Positions 1-11,388 of a DNA stretch of 64,000 nucleotides are shown piece by piece. The translations under genes were made by a program, and so were the position numbers. A model generated the notes under the pieces. That model saw only the letters and a list, made by a program, of their open reading frames with translations. It ran no database searches and was not told where the DNA came from. Source of the stretch: Moniliella sp. 'wahieum' (taxonomy: Eukaryota); NCBI GenBank assembly GCA_003971905.1, contig RSEE01000016.1, forward strand, positions 186,001 to 250,000, in the 5' to 3' direction. Each line of letters opens with the position of its first letter. The first letter of the stretch is position 1.

Positions 1-292
1 CTTTGTTTCCCTCGACTTGATCACGGCGGTGCAGTGCCGCGGGCTTCACGTGGGCCTGTTTGCCAACCGGGTAATGACCATCACCCTCTCCGTGTCGTAT
101 GTGGTGCTGGGCGCGTTGATCTACTTCCCCCCGCTCCAAGCCATCTTCCAAACCATCCGCTCTCTCCCCGACCTGTTGTATGTGGCGGGCCTGACCGGCA
201 TCACGTTTGCTCTGCACGGCCTGCGCCGCAACCTGCAACGCAAGCGTGAAGCCAGCCTCGACCTCGCGCCATGGGAGGCCCAGGTCGCTTGA
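1..292 (+). CDS. PMR1: C-terminal end of a PMR1/SPCA-type Ca2+/Mn2+-transporting P-type ATPase (partial, runs off the window start)
   Basis: FVSLDLITAVQCR...GLFANR...LIYFPPLQAIFQT resembles the cation ATPase C-terminal TM region of Pmr1; stop at 290-292. Confidence 0.75.
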   Translation, partial: FVSLDLITAVQCRGLHVGLFANRVMTITLSVSYVVLGALIYFPPLQAIFQTIRSLPDLLYVAGLTGITFALHGLRRNLQRKREASLDLAPWEAQVA

Positions 293-1344
293 GGCACGCA
301 CCTGCCATCTGGTGAGGCGAGTGCAGCAACCCCCCGGAGCACCTGAGCACCAAAGCCCAACCAACTCTACCCTTCCACATGGCATGCTCCTTCCCTTTCG
401 TCTGCTTGATTTCTTATGGACCCGACCCTTTTTGCTGTGGGGGCCCTGCCCTCTTTTCTCTTGCTTTGCCATCTGGGCCCCCGTCCAGATTCTCAATCTG
501 GACCGTTTATGCTAGGCGTGCTCTCGTTGGATGTTTGCCTGCACATCGCAAGACAGTACCTACCACTAATCCGCATCAGCATCAGTCTCTCTCATTCCGT
601 CTTGACCCCTGGCTTGGGGTTTGGGGCTTGGGTTGGGCGACCGCGGCTACGTAGTGTTGTAGGGCAGAGCGAAGGTCGGAGGGGGGAAATGTGGTGGAGG
701 TGTCATAAGTGTATAGGTTTTTGCACGGCCAGGAAATCAGTTTGGCTAAGCGGACACGAACGCCACAGGAGTGGCGTTGATGACCTCGGTGGCGGGTCAC
801 GTCGGTCACGGTGACTGGCCCACTGTTATAGGGCTGTGAAGATGGTAGCTTCCCTAGACAAGAAACACTCTGCGACGCTAGCACCGAGCCACGGCTCTGT
901 CTTCTTGCCGGTATTGCTTTGTCCGAGTAATGGAATCTAAATCTACTGTGGTCGCTTCCCCTCTTTTGTATTCCCTCCACGACTGCCACCGCTTCTACTA
1001 GTAATATGGTTGGTTCACCGTTTACCGTGTACCGTGCACCGACCTCTGTGCTCGTGATCAGCTAGCTCGCCATCTCTTCTTTCAGTCAATCGGGGCCATT
1101 TCATTGAAGTCAGTGGGCCATGGCACGACACCGATTGCTCAGGTCGTTTGCGCAGTCTCAGGACTGGGAGAAGCAGGGAACAGAAGGAGGATCGGGGGGG
1201 GGGGCACAGTTGACCAAATCAAAGTGCACAGAAACAAAACGTGAACAGCTAGGTGTGGGGGGGGGTCAGTTAGATGCGAAAGAAGGTTGGTTCGCTCGAC
1301 AAGGAAAGAAAAGTGGGGGATAGAACAGAGTCCAAGGGAAGAAG

Positions 1345-1392
1345 AAGAAAGAACAGAACAGAACAGAACAAACAGAACAGAACAGAACAGAG
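1345..1392. repeat. (GAACA)n microsatellite
   Basis: gaacagaacagaacagaacaaacagaacagaacagaacag seen directly. Confidence 0.85.
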
Positions 1393-1434
1393 CCGAGGCA
1401 TAAGGAGGCCAGGCGCAAGGCGCACGCTTCACTT

Positions 1435-4400
1435 TTACTTGATCGTGCTGCCCGAGGCACCCAAAGATGAAGAGCCGCGCTGGAACGGGAGAATGGAGAA
1501 AGGAAGCCCGAACTCTTGCCCATCGGCTGGGCCAAGTTGAACTCCGATTCGCGCAAGAGGGGGGTCGACTTGCCCGTGGCCAAACCAGTACTGGGCGCAC
1601 GGAAACGCATTTGGCGTGCGGGCCAGCCAGCATACACACCCTGCTTCGGCAATCTCACCTGACGCGACAAGCGTGTGCTCGTACAGCATCGAATGCGGTT
1701 CCATGCTCGCACCCGACAAGAGACGCGATCCTGTGCGCAGCGCACAGCCGTCACCAATGGTCAATCGGTTGAGACTAAACGACCACGCGAGTTGATGTGG
1801 GCCCAACCGACGCATCGTCCAGACTGACTTTGTTGCCCATCGTAACCATCTGGTTCGGTGAGTTGCAAACTCGGCTTACCCCCGGCCCAGATAGCACAGT
1901 CCTTCCCGATCGTCGCGCCAAGGAGACGAAGGTAGAGCACGGCGTACCATGTGCCCGAGATGCAGCCCACGATCCGGCCGCCAAAGCCGCGGCCGAGCAG
2001 ACGCTGGAGAGAGAGACTGCCAGCGCTGGCAGTAGGATGACATGTCCAATCGTACCGCCCTTCCCGCCGGCGACCAATGATCGCCCACTTGGTCACGAGA
2101 CCACGCAAAGGCCAAACAACGCCTGCGTAGTCATGATGACAATGAAGGCAAGCGCGATATATACATAGACCAACGGGCGATACCAAATGGTCCCCAACAG
2201 GCCTGGCGCCTTGTGCTCGTAGTTCAACCGCGCCCGGTTCAGAATCACCACGCATCGGGCCGGGGCAGCCCAGTAGACTGAGCTGAGCGGGCCATAAACA
2301 CGTTGACCAGAACGATGAGGGGGTAGGGAAAACAAATAAGGTGCTTTACGCTGGTAGAAAGCGCGGCCAAGGGAGTATCGTGTCCTCGCTCGGGGCCGAC
2401 TTGCCAAAGCTGACAGGCTCGCCATGCTTAGCCCCCATCCAGACTGACAACGGCTCATAGTACCCGTTCCTGCGGGACAAGGCACCAGAGCCCATGACCG
2501 CTTGTCGATCCACCGTTGTGCCGGGCAACAGAGTTACACGGTCAGCGATCATCGCCCCCGAGGCAATGGAGATTCGGTTAAATCCAATCGAGTCGGAGGT
2601 GAAAAGCTCCGAGCGCGAGCCAAACACTACATCGTCTCCAACACGAAGTAGCTCCGGGTCGGGGCAGTAGATACCGGAACCAGGCCAGTAGACCCTCCGA
2701 CCTACCTGGGCGCCCATCGCACGATAAATGACCGAGGTCATCTCGTAGTGGGTACCAATAATGGCAAACCCACGCCGCAGCTGAGGCTGGGAGAGCAGTT
2801 CCGTGCACATCCACCTGCGGAACAAAGCCCATTGGCTTGCATTGCGCATGGAGCCCTCCTGGTTGCGCCCAAGGAAAAGGCGCTTAACGAGAATGCCAAG
2901 GATCATGTTTGAGAGGGGGGGCATACAGTTTCGGACGATTCGGGCGACAAAGTGCCACCCAATACGCTGCGGATACGCAAACCATGAGACGACACCCTTA
3001 ACCGAGTCGGTCTTGTTGAACAAAAACGGCTGCGACAGCATAAAGAGCGCGGCAAACCAAGGGATGTAACAGAGGAACATGATCCCGTATTTGATAGGGA
3101 GACCGAAACTAAATGAGGAAAATGTTGGGTTGGGGAACCTCGCCCTTGTTGTACGCCGCAAACCCATCTGCCGAAGGTTCCTCGTGCGAGGAGGCCTGCG
3201 GCCCCCAAACTGTACCATCTGCCAAGTAGGCACCCGGGGCGATCTGGGTGAATGTTGACAATCGTGTGTCGCCCAATCACCACAGGTTCAAGACGGAAGT
3301 AACAGTCACGCTCCACAGCAAAACCGCGAACCACACTTCGGTCGATTCGGGCCCCGTCGTGGATTGTGAGCAGGTCGTACTCTCCCAGTTTGGCGAACTT
3401 GTCGATTTTGACATCGTTTCCAATACGCGCGCCGAGGAGGCGGTAGTATGCAATGCGGAGCGACGGGGTAAGATTGAATAACCCCTTGCCCGACATTGCC
3501 AGTGATTGGTGCACAATCCACCAGCGCAGGTGGTAATTGCACCACATGGGGTACTTCCCTGGGCGATATCGACCAATTACGACCCATTTGAATATGATGG
3601 CAGCAACAGGACAAATGATACGCGAAGTGAGGCGGGCGGCGACAAGGAAGGCAAGCAGGACTCCGACCCGCTCCCAAAGTTGTCCGAAATGTAGTAGGCT
3701 GAGAAAGCAAGGCCTTGTAGGATCACAGTCCATGTCCAGGCTGCCTTGAGAGGGTACATGAACATAAGGGGAAGAATCTGGACGAAGAGTACCCAAGGAT
3801 GGGTTTGACTGCGGGGCTTGTACCCGTGTGAGTGGAGGTAATCAGGAATATCCCCTCCTCGTAGCCATGGGCTGGGGAGCGGAGGAATCCATTTTCTCAT
3901 CGAAGTACCCACTCGCCATATACTCATCGTCGTCATCCGAGCCTAGCTGCTCGTCAACCAGACCAGCGATGCCGATGATAGTCGAGTTGGTGAATACAGA
4001 AGCGACCTCCAAGCTTGCCCCCGTCTCCTTTTTGATGGAATGGATCAGACGGCCGAGAAGGAGCGAATTCCCGCCCAAAAGGAAAAAGTCGGAGTCGGCT
4101 GTAATGGCTCCAGAATCCATATTGAGAAGCTTGGCCACACAGTCCCGGACAGTTTGTGTCGAACGAGACATCTCAGCTGCGTGTTGGGCGCGTACCTCTT
4201 CAGTCATTGTGGCAAAGTCGAAACGGCCATCGCGGGTTCGAGCAAGGCGTTGGCGGAAGACGTGCAATGGGTTGGGGACAATGTATCCGTCCAGCACCCC
4301 AGCTAAGGCACCATCAATATCAGCGGCATCGTACTCGGCATCCTCGTCAATATGGAGGAAGGCTTCTGGGGATCCATCTGGCCGCATCTGCACGGCCACC

Positions 4401-6282
4401 TCTTGCACTCCGGGAATGCGCGCGCAGGCCCGTTCGATGGAACTGAGGTCTACGCGCACTTTGCGGCAAGGGATGGGGGTGCTCAGCGGAGCATTTTGTC
4501 AGGCGCTCTGGCCTCGAAGTGACGGTCCATAAGAGGAGTATCGTCAGCGAGAGGCTTGATGCCTAGCCGTTGACCGAGCTTGATACGGAGCGGTTTACCC
4601 GCCTGGTTCTTGGGCAATTCGTCCATGTACACAATGGCGAACGGCCACTTGGATGGGTGCAATGCGTTGCGTAGCGTATTTTGGAGTTCCATCAACCCGA
4701 TCCTTGGCTGGTTAGGTTGCGGCACTACCACCACGCCAATAGTCTCTTGCAAAACCTTGTGATCAATCGAAAATGCAAGAGTTGCCTTAACCCGGTCGCG
4801 CACATGGGCTGTGATGGCCTCTTCGATCTCAAAGGGAGAGATGACTTCGCCACCTTTATTGATGATCTCTTTCGACCTAGACGTGACATAGAGGAAGCCA
4901 TCGGCGTCCATGTGGCCTACGTCGCCAGTGTCGAACCAACCAGAGCGGGTGAAGCAGGATTGGTCGAGCTTCCCCGGCGCCACCTCGTATCCGTCAAATG
5001 TCGGTAGTCCTCGGACACAAATGGCGCCATCGACGCCAATTGGCAGTGGCTTCTCCAATGTTCCAGGATCGCGAATCGACAAGTCCGGGCCACAGGCTAT
5101 GCCCGAGCACCCGGGCCGCTCAAGTTGGTATGTAACGGAGGGGGAAGCAATGGGCATGCACTCAGTCATGCCATATGAGGGCAGAATGGCACAGCGAAAC
5201 GTATCCCGCATCTGTGTTGCAAGCGATGGAAGAAGGCCACCGGCAGCGTTGCAAATCATCTTGATCTTGATGTCGCGCGCGACATTGATCTCATTGGGCT
5301 TGGAGGCAAGAATGGCCTGGTGCATTGTCGGAGCAGCATAGTACCAAGTGGCACCGAGCTTGCGGACCAACGTCCACCACGAGGTAGCATCAAAGCCTGA
5401 GCACATGATGGCGCTGCCGCATGAAAAAAGTGGAGCCCACAGATTGCGGATAATGCCGCCTACATGGAAGAGGGGCATCATGTTCACTGGACATATGGGG
5501 GTTAATGAACGATGGACTTTAGGGTCAGGGTATGGAGGGGGACATACTGTTAACTGACTCAGGCTTAAGCTGCCAGGTCCACAACGCAACAGTGCCGACG
5601 ATCAGATGGCGTAGCGTGTAGGTACGACCTTTTTGGTGCCGGATGTGCCGGATGTGTGCAGGACAAGGGCCACGTCCTGTAGGCCGTTGGGCTGTAAGCG
5701 AGCATGGCGGCGCGTCGAACGCGGCGCGGAGATGTTGTCGCCGTCGAGAACGCCATGTCAAAGAGACCGGCTGGGCCAGAGAGGCGAAAATCGACAAAAA
5801 TCACCTCGAGCCCATCGCGGGCATAGCAACCAAAGATCAAGGCGTTCGATAGCGTCGCGGGTGGTGACTATGGCACGGGCACGCAGGCGACGGGCATCGT
5901 CGCGCAGCTCCTGCGACGTGCAGGCCGCGTTGACGGGAGCAGCGGTATAGTATGCAGATGGCCATCAGTGCCACCGCATTCTCCGGACCAGTGGGCAGGG
6001 CAACCATAACACGGTCGTTGCGGGCAAGGGGGGGGCGCGGGGCGAGACGGGGAGCTGGAAGGCGGTGATGACGGAGCGGAGCATGTTGTGGTCGAGTGGG
6101 GGGCGGTGGAGGTCGGGGGACCAGAGAGCGGGGCGGGGACTGGTGCAGAGACAGTCGAGGAGGGTGGAGATGCGGCCATTGTCGGTAACGTGAGCTGCCA
6201 CATGGTCGCCGAGGGAGGTGGTGGGCGCGCGGGGGGGCAGGTGGCCCAGCATCGAGAGCGGGTATGCGCCCGAGGACGCCAT
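1435..6282 (-). CDS. Single-module NRPS-like enzyme: acyl-CoA-ligase-type adenylation domain + phosphopantetheine carrier + TM helices with three LbH-like repeats (epsilon-poly-L-lysine synthetase-like terminal region); several frameshifts; 3' end approximate
   Basis: Adenylation motifs LHTSGTSGTKK (~5620-5665), MPLFHVGG, SYGMTE, FDTGD, RSKEIINKGGE, PKNQAGK; carrier motif DFFLLGGNSLL (~4065); terminal repeats GRYRPGKYPMW..LRWW, YRLLGARIG, YRAMGAQVG, YLRLLGATIG; probable intron ~5488-5557. Confidence 0.85.
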
Positions 6283-7721
6283 CGCAGCCGAGGGCGGGGA
6301 GGGGGAGGGGGGAGGAGGAGGAGGAGGGCGAGGACAAGCGCAAGCGAAGGGCGGAGGCAAGGGGGCGTGCGCGGAGAGGTGGTGCTGGGCGGGGCTGGAA
6401 GCGAGCGGTGGCTTATGCTGGCCAGCGCCCAGCCAGGCAGCCAGGCAGCCAAGCAGCATCCAGCGTCGAGCAGCCACCCTCGATCAGCGGTCGCATCCAT
6501 CCATGCATTCTGCTCCCGCTTCCCCAGCGCGGGCTGCTCTGGCGCTGCGCTGCGGCACTGCCGCCCTGCCAGGCACACTGCATCTACCGTCCAGCGGGGC
6601 TCCAGTGCCAGCCAACACCGCCCCCCTGCCGCCGCAAGCGGGGCAGGATCGCCCTCTCGCCCGCCACCAGTACGCTGCTGCTGTGCCTCGTGCTGCGCTG
6701 CTGTGCCTGGTGCCAGGGCGCGGGGCGCCCTGCCAGCCGAGAGCACACAGGCGCTGTCCAGGCGATCGCACGGCCATCGGGACTCCGGGTGGCAACGCAG
6801 CACACCTGGGCAGTGTCGCAGGTCGCGCCCGAACATCCAGGCGATCGCTGCTGCGCACTGCGTACTGCTGGGGGTTGGCGAGCCACTCGCGGAGGTCGAA
6901 GGCCCATCGGCTGCTGGTCACCGGTCACCAAAGCCAGCCCAGCGACTAGCGACCCCAACTGAGGCACACCATCGGCAACATGCGTGCTCGGTGCGTACTG
7001 ACGTACTGAATATTGAATTGGTCATGCATGCCCCATAATCGATAATCATGCACATGGAAAATCTCATGCAGTCTAGTACAACACTTGTTATTTTCTCGGC
7101 TTCATCATATCCCCACTCATTTGTCCTCATTTCCTCCTATTTCTGGCGCCAATTTTGTGTTTTTTGAAAGCTGGTACTTATAATGGAAAAGCAGTAATAA
7201 GGAGCAGATGTTGGATACGCTGATACCCTGTTTTGCAAACGACTTAAGGGCGCGAAAACGCGAAAGGCCCATAGATATTCAAACCGTTTGCCCCTCCGCG
7301 ATACTAATATAGTAGGGACTAAAAGGACATCCATAGTATCTTAGTCGTTTTGTAGCAGATCATATCAATATTGATAGAACTAGTGACTACAGTGACTATA
7401 GAGCCTGATGTCTAGGTGACTATTGCAGTTATTCAGGCACCAATTCTTGAGTCTCTTTCTCTCCCCCTACTCTTTACATGCCGCGGGCGCCTTGCACCCG
7501 ACGCCTTCTAGCGCCGTCGCCGGTCATCCGCCGTTCCTAGGAGGGTGAACTCCGAAGAATAAACTGTTCCTACCCTTCTATTCGCCCTTACACTTGCGTT
7601 TTGATGTGCGTGTCAGAAGAATGCTCCACATCATATGATGCTCACTGAGCCGGGATTCCCATGTGTATTCCGCGGTAATTCTGTGCCCCTCCGTGGTATA
7701 TTCCGTAGCTTGGATTCCGTG

Positions 7722-7818
7722 GCATACCGTGTTCATACCGTGTCTCTATACCGTGCCTATGCCGTGCCTATACTGTGCCTATGCCGTGCCTATACCGTGC
7801 CTATACCGTGTTCATACT
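7722..7818. repeat. Tandem minisatellite of ~11-bp unit (ATACCGTGCCT)
   Basis: Repeated ataccgtgcct/atgccgtgcct/atactgtgcct units seen directly. Confidence 0.85.
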
Positions 7819-8097
7819 GTTGTATTCTATGGGATAAGTACTTTGAACGGTTGTATAACGTGTAGGAGCGACAGAAAGCGCTGAGCAATTGCGGAAGCGA
7901 GAATATCACCCAAAGTTTCAATTCTGTCTGTCTGCTTAAAATGCATCCTGGTGGACTGGTGCTGGGAACATGTGAGCAAAGGACAAATTCCTCCCCAAGG
8001 CACAAGATTAGATTCCTGTGGAGACTTCAAGCACCAGAAGCTGGGGTACTCGGCATCACCTTGTCTTCATCACACCCCGGCCCGACTTGGTCATCCG

Positions 8098-9104
8098 ATG
8101 CGCTTTGTGCGTGCCTTCTCCTCATCCGCAAGGGCGAGTGCGGCGGTGCGGAGCGCACTGATCCTGTCGCGCGCACCTACTCTTCTGCGTGTACCTACAG
8201 AGCTTGAGCAAGCGGTGTACATGTACAACCAGAAGCTCAACCGCCACCTTGCCGTCCCGCTCGTCAAGGACTTCTATTTCAAGCCTGGTTCTTCAGACGA
8301 GCTCGCTACCTCAAGGCCGAGGCCGAGCGTATTAAGGTTGACTTCACTTCTATCCTTAGTCGCGGGGACTTGAATGTTGCCTCAGCCGCTGTCACATCTA
8401 CGGCTGAGGGCTCTGCCGACGGCTCTGGTTCGGCCGAAAATCCTACTGTGGCCAACCCTGTAGAGTCGGTGATGGACATCAGCACCCAGAGATCGGAAGA
8501 AGGGGCTGATGCTGCTTCGATTGATTCGTATACCTTGCAATCGCGTTGGACAGATGCAGATGAGAAGAACGGTCAGACGTCGCTCGACCGTGCAGGCGAC
8601 CGGACTTTGTACTTTTGCTGGTTAACTCCGAAGATACAGGCAAGTCATGGAGGTTTCCCTCAGACAGTGTAGACCTAGCCACCAAGATCAAGTCGGTTCC
8701 GGACAAGAGCGAGGATGCTGCCGAGGACGCGATCATGCCAGGAAGTGACGCTAGCAACAGATTCCCTTCTGCTGCCTCTCGCGCCGTGACCAAGACTTTG
8801 GGCGAGACAATTGACGTATGGTTACTGAACAACTTACCCGTGGGCCACTTGAATACCGACCATGGAAAGGTGTGTTGAACAAGGCTGATCAAATGTGGAA
8901 TGCTAACATTAGTTTCGTTCGCTCCAGATCTACTTCATGGCCGGCCACGTGATTGCGGGCAATGCGGACAGAGAGATTGTGCGCAAGGCGGGCACAAAGT
9001 ACGCATGGCTTAAACGCGAAGAAATTGAGCAACTCTTGACAACGGACGGAACGAGCGAGGACAAGGACTACTATGGTAACATTGCCCACCTACTCAACGA
9101 ATAG
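8098..9104 (+). CDS. MRPL17: Mitochondrial large-subunit ribosomal protein mL46 (MRPL17-like); frameshifted
   Basis: Presequence-like MRFVRAFSSSAR; ILSRAP..FYFKPGS; SRWTDADEKN..SLDR..DRTLY; WRFP; VWLLNNLPVGH; intron 8870-8927 (GTGTGT..GCTAAC..CAG); YAWLKREEI; TAG at 9102-9104. Confidence 0.85.
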
Positions 9105-9692
9105 ACCGACTCCACTTCCTTGCACGCATCATCGCACAGCTTCCACTTATCCCCGTCCCTATAGTTGGACATCGATCTAGCAATGGTCAACACAAGCCTC
9201 AGCAGCATAACCCGCTGGTTCCGCACGCCTGGCTCTTACGGACAGCAGGCTTCAATGATTAATGACCGGTCAGGTGACCGGTGAACGTTGAACGCGCTTC
9301 ATGCACCCACGGCGTATTCTTCTCGACGTGAGCCTACATTGCAACCTTGTTTGAGGACATCTCCCATGGGTTGCATGCGTTCCAAGGGCACCGCCTATAT
9401 TCCAGATGGTTGGACGACGAGACTCTACCGCATGTCCATAGATTTGACCCCTACAAGGGTAGGCATGCAATTTTATTTTGTGCATAGGGCAGGCACAGAA
9501 CCATCGCTCGAGCCGAGAACAGCCCGCGCGACCAAGATCCGTCCAGGGGGTAAGGACCAGTGGGTACCTTAACAGAGGGGTGGGCTGTATGACCCTCAAA
9601 TGGCGCTGAGAAGGAAAAAGAGCAGATTCTCGCACAACTCGGAAGAAGGAAAGAAAAGTGGAGCGAGGGCAGGGCGATACATCTCAGCCGAA

Positions 9693-10309
9693 TTAACGGT
9701 TGCTCTTGGCCACACGCTCAAGCTCATCCTTCTTCTTAATGGCGTACGAGTTGGACGAGCCCTTGGCGGCGTTGATCAGCTCGTCAGCAAGGCATTCCGA
9801 GATCGACTTAACGTTGCGGAAAGCCGACTCGCGAGTGCCAATAGTCAGAGAGAGATCGCCTGGTTAACACGGCGAAGAGGGGACACGTCCACGGCCTGGC
9901 GGCGGACAGTACCACCCGAGCCAATGCGGGTCGAGTCCTCACGGGGGCCCGTGATGATGGCGTCAACCAAGACCTGAATCGGGTTCTGGTCGGTAAGGAG
10001 CGAGATGATCTCGAACGCGTGAGCAACGATGCGGACGGCCATGAGCTTCTTGCCGTTGTTGCGGCCGTTCATCATCAGAGCATCAACGAGACGCTCAACA
10101 ATGGGCATTGAGGCCTTCTTGAACGCCTTGGAAGCGTACCGGCCAGCCGTGTGAGGAACGTAGACGGCGTTGCGGAGCGAGATGTAGTCCTGCAGCGACA
10201 GGTCCTTCACCTCGACGTCTTGCACGTCATACTTGCCGAAAAGCAGGACAGCGCCCTTAGGGGCGGCAACAGCCGCGGCCTCCTTGGGGATGGTTTGCAC
10301 GGTCGCCAT
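9693..10309 (-). CDS. RPS5: 40S ribosomal protein S5 (uS7); one frameshift near 9845
   Basis: [54 protein letters not shown], ends VAKSNR*. Confidence 0.98.
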
Positions 10310-10604
10310 CTTGATACTACTGGTTCGGGTAAAAAAGGTACTGGTGTCAGTTCTTTGCTCTCCATCTTTTGGGCAGCGCAGAGAGTGAGGAGACCACGCT
10401 GCTCAACATCTGGCTCCGCCGGCACCCTCGACAGGACGACTCACCTTGCTTGGCAGGACCGTCAAAGGTAGTTGTGTCGCGTTTGCATTAGCCACAAGCG
10501 AACCGGGCCACCAGGTGGGACGCGCCAGCGATATGGAAATTCCGCCGGGCCGCAGCACTCTGGATCGACACTGGCTCCAAGCCGTATGAATTTTGATAAA
10601 CCAA

Positions 10605-10619
10605 TAGGGTATAACCCTA
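10605..10619. promoter_or_regulatory. Inverted TAGGGT-ata-ACCCTA motif in the RPS5/RPS28 bidirectional promoter
   Basis: Inverted repeat seen directly; resembles the Homol-E/telobox-like motifs of ribosomal protein promoters (inference). Confidence 0.4.
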
Positions 10620-10705
10620 GTGTTCCCTGCGCTCCATGCGAGATTTGCCTGTCTTGATCGGCTTGACGAGACCACCTGTACCCACCTCTCCCAAGCCCTC
10701 TCAAG

Positions 10706-10976
10706 ATGGAAGCCGTTTCGAAGCAACCCGTTAAGCTGGCCAAGGTTACCAAGGTTCTCGGCCGCACTGGCTCGCGCGGTGGCGTGATCCAGGTGCGTGT
10801 TGAGTTCATGGACGACTCGACCCGCTCCATCATCCGCAATGTCAAGGGGCCAGTCAAGGTGGACGACATTCTTGCCCTCCTCGAGTCGGAGCGTGAGGCT
10901 CGGTATGTAGCCTGCTGCCTGCTCGCTTTGGATACGCTGGACTGACACCCTTGTTATTTACAGTCGCCTGCGCTAA
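10706..10976 (+). CDS. RPS28: 40S ribosomal protein S28 (eS28), two exons
   Basis: [39 protein letters not shown]; intron 10903-10963 (GTATGT..CTGAC..CAG) restores the ARRLR* end. Confidence 0.97.
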
Positions 10977-11388
10977 GCGGCACCTGGCGCTTATGTCCCT
11001 TCCCCCTACCCCTACCCCCAACTGGATTATTCAGGATGAAATCTCCATTCGTGCAGGGGGAAGGAGGAAGTCCTTGCGCCGCCGAAGTTCAGACGGGGGG
11101 GAGACCTGCGCTCATGTCCCACCCACTCATCTCGGCCTCTTCCCGCTTACATGGTGTTATGCGTGAAGGGCATGCGCAGCATGTACTGGCCATGTCTCCC
11201 ACCCCCGCTGGCAGTTGCGGTGGGAACTTCTTCACCCAAAATGGCCTGTACAGGCTTAGTCACCACCCATGATATGTGACGTGTTTCCCTGCTCATGACT
11301 GGCTACTACGGAGGCCAAAGGTGAATAGGTGAAAGAGTGTGCACATTAAGTGTGGATCATTAGTACTTTTAGTGGCCACAAGGACCGG

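Noticed and set aside
5837..7038. Long overlapping GC-rich ORFs on both strands upstream of the NRPS-like gene (similar sets at 13.3-14.5, 43.0-43.9 and 54.5-55.6 kb)
   Set aside because: Low-complexity Pro/Arg/Gly/Ala translations are expected from high GC or antisense shadows, and no family motifs are present.
7351..7592. LTR-like remnant (TGTA...TACA with AATAAA)
   Set aside because: Flanks do not form a TSD; evidence is too weak.
7722..7818. CRISPR-like array
   Set aside because: Simple tandem 11-mers with no spacers, in a eukaryotic context with no cas genes.
9693..10309. RPS5, ATP4 and ORC4 as pseudogenes or programmed frameshift genes
   Set aside because: The proteins are well conserved and indels are scattered across all genes, so sequencing error is the simpler explanation.
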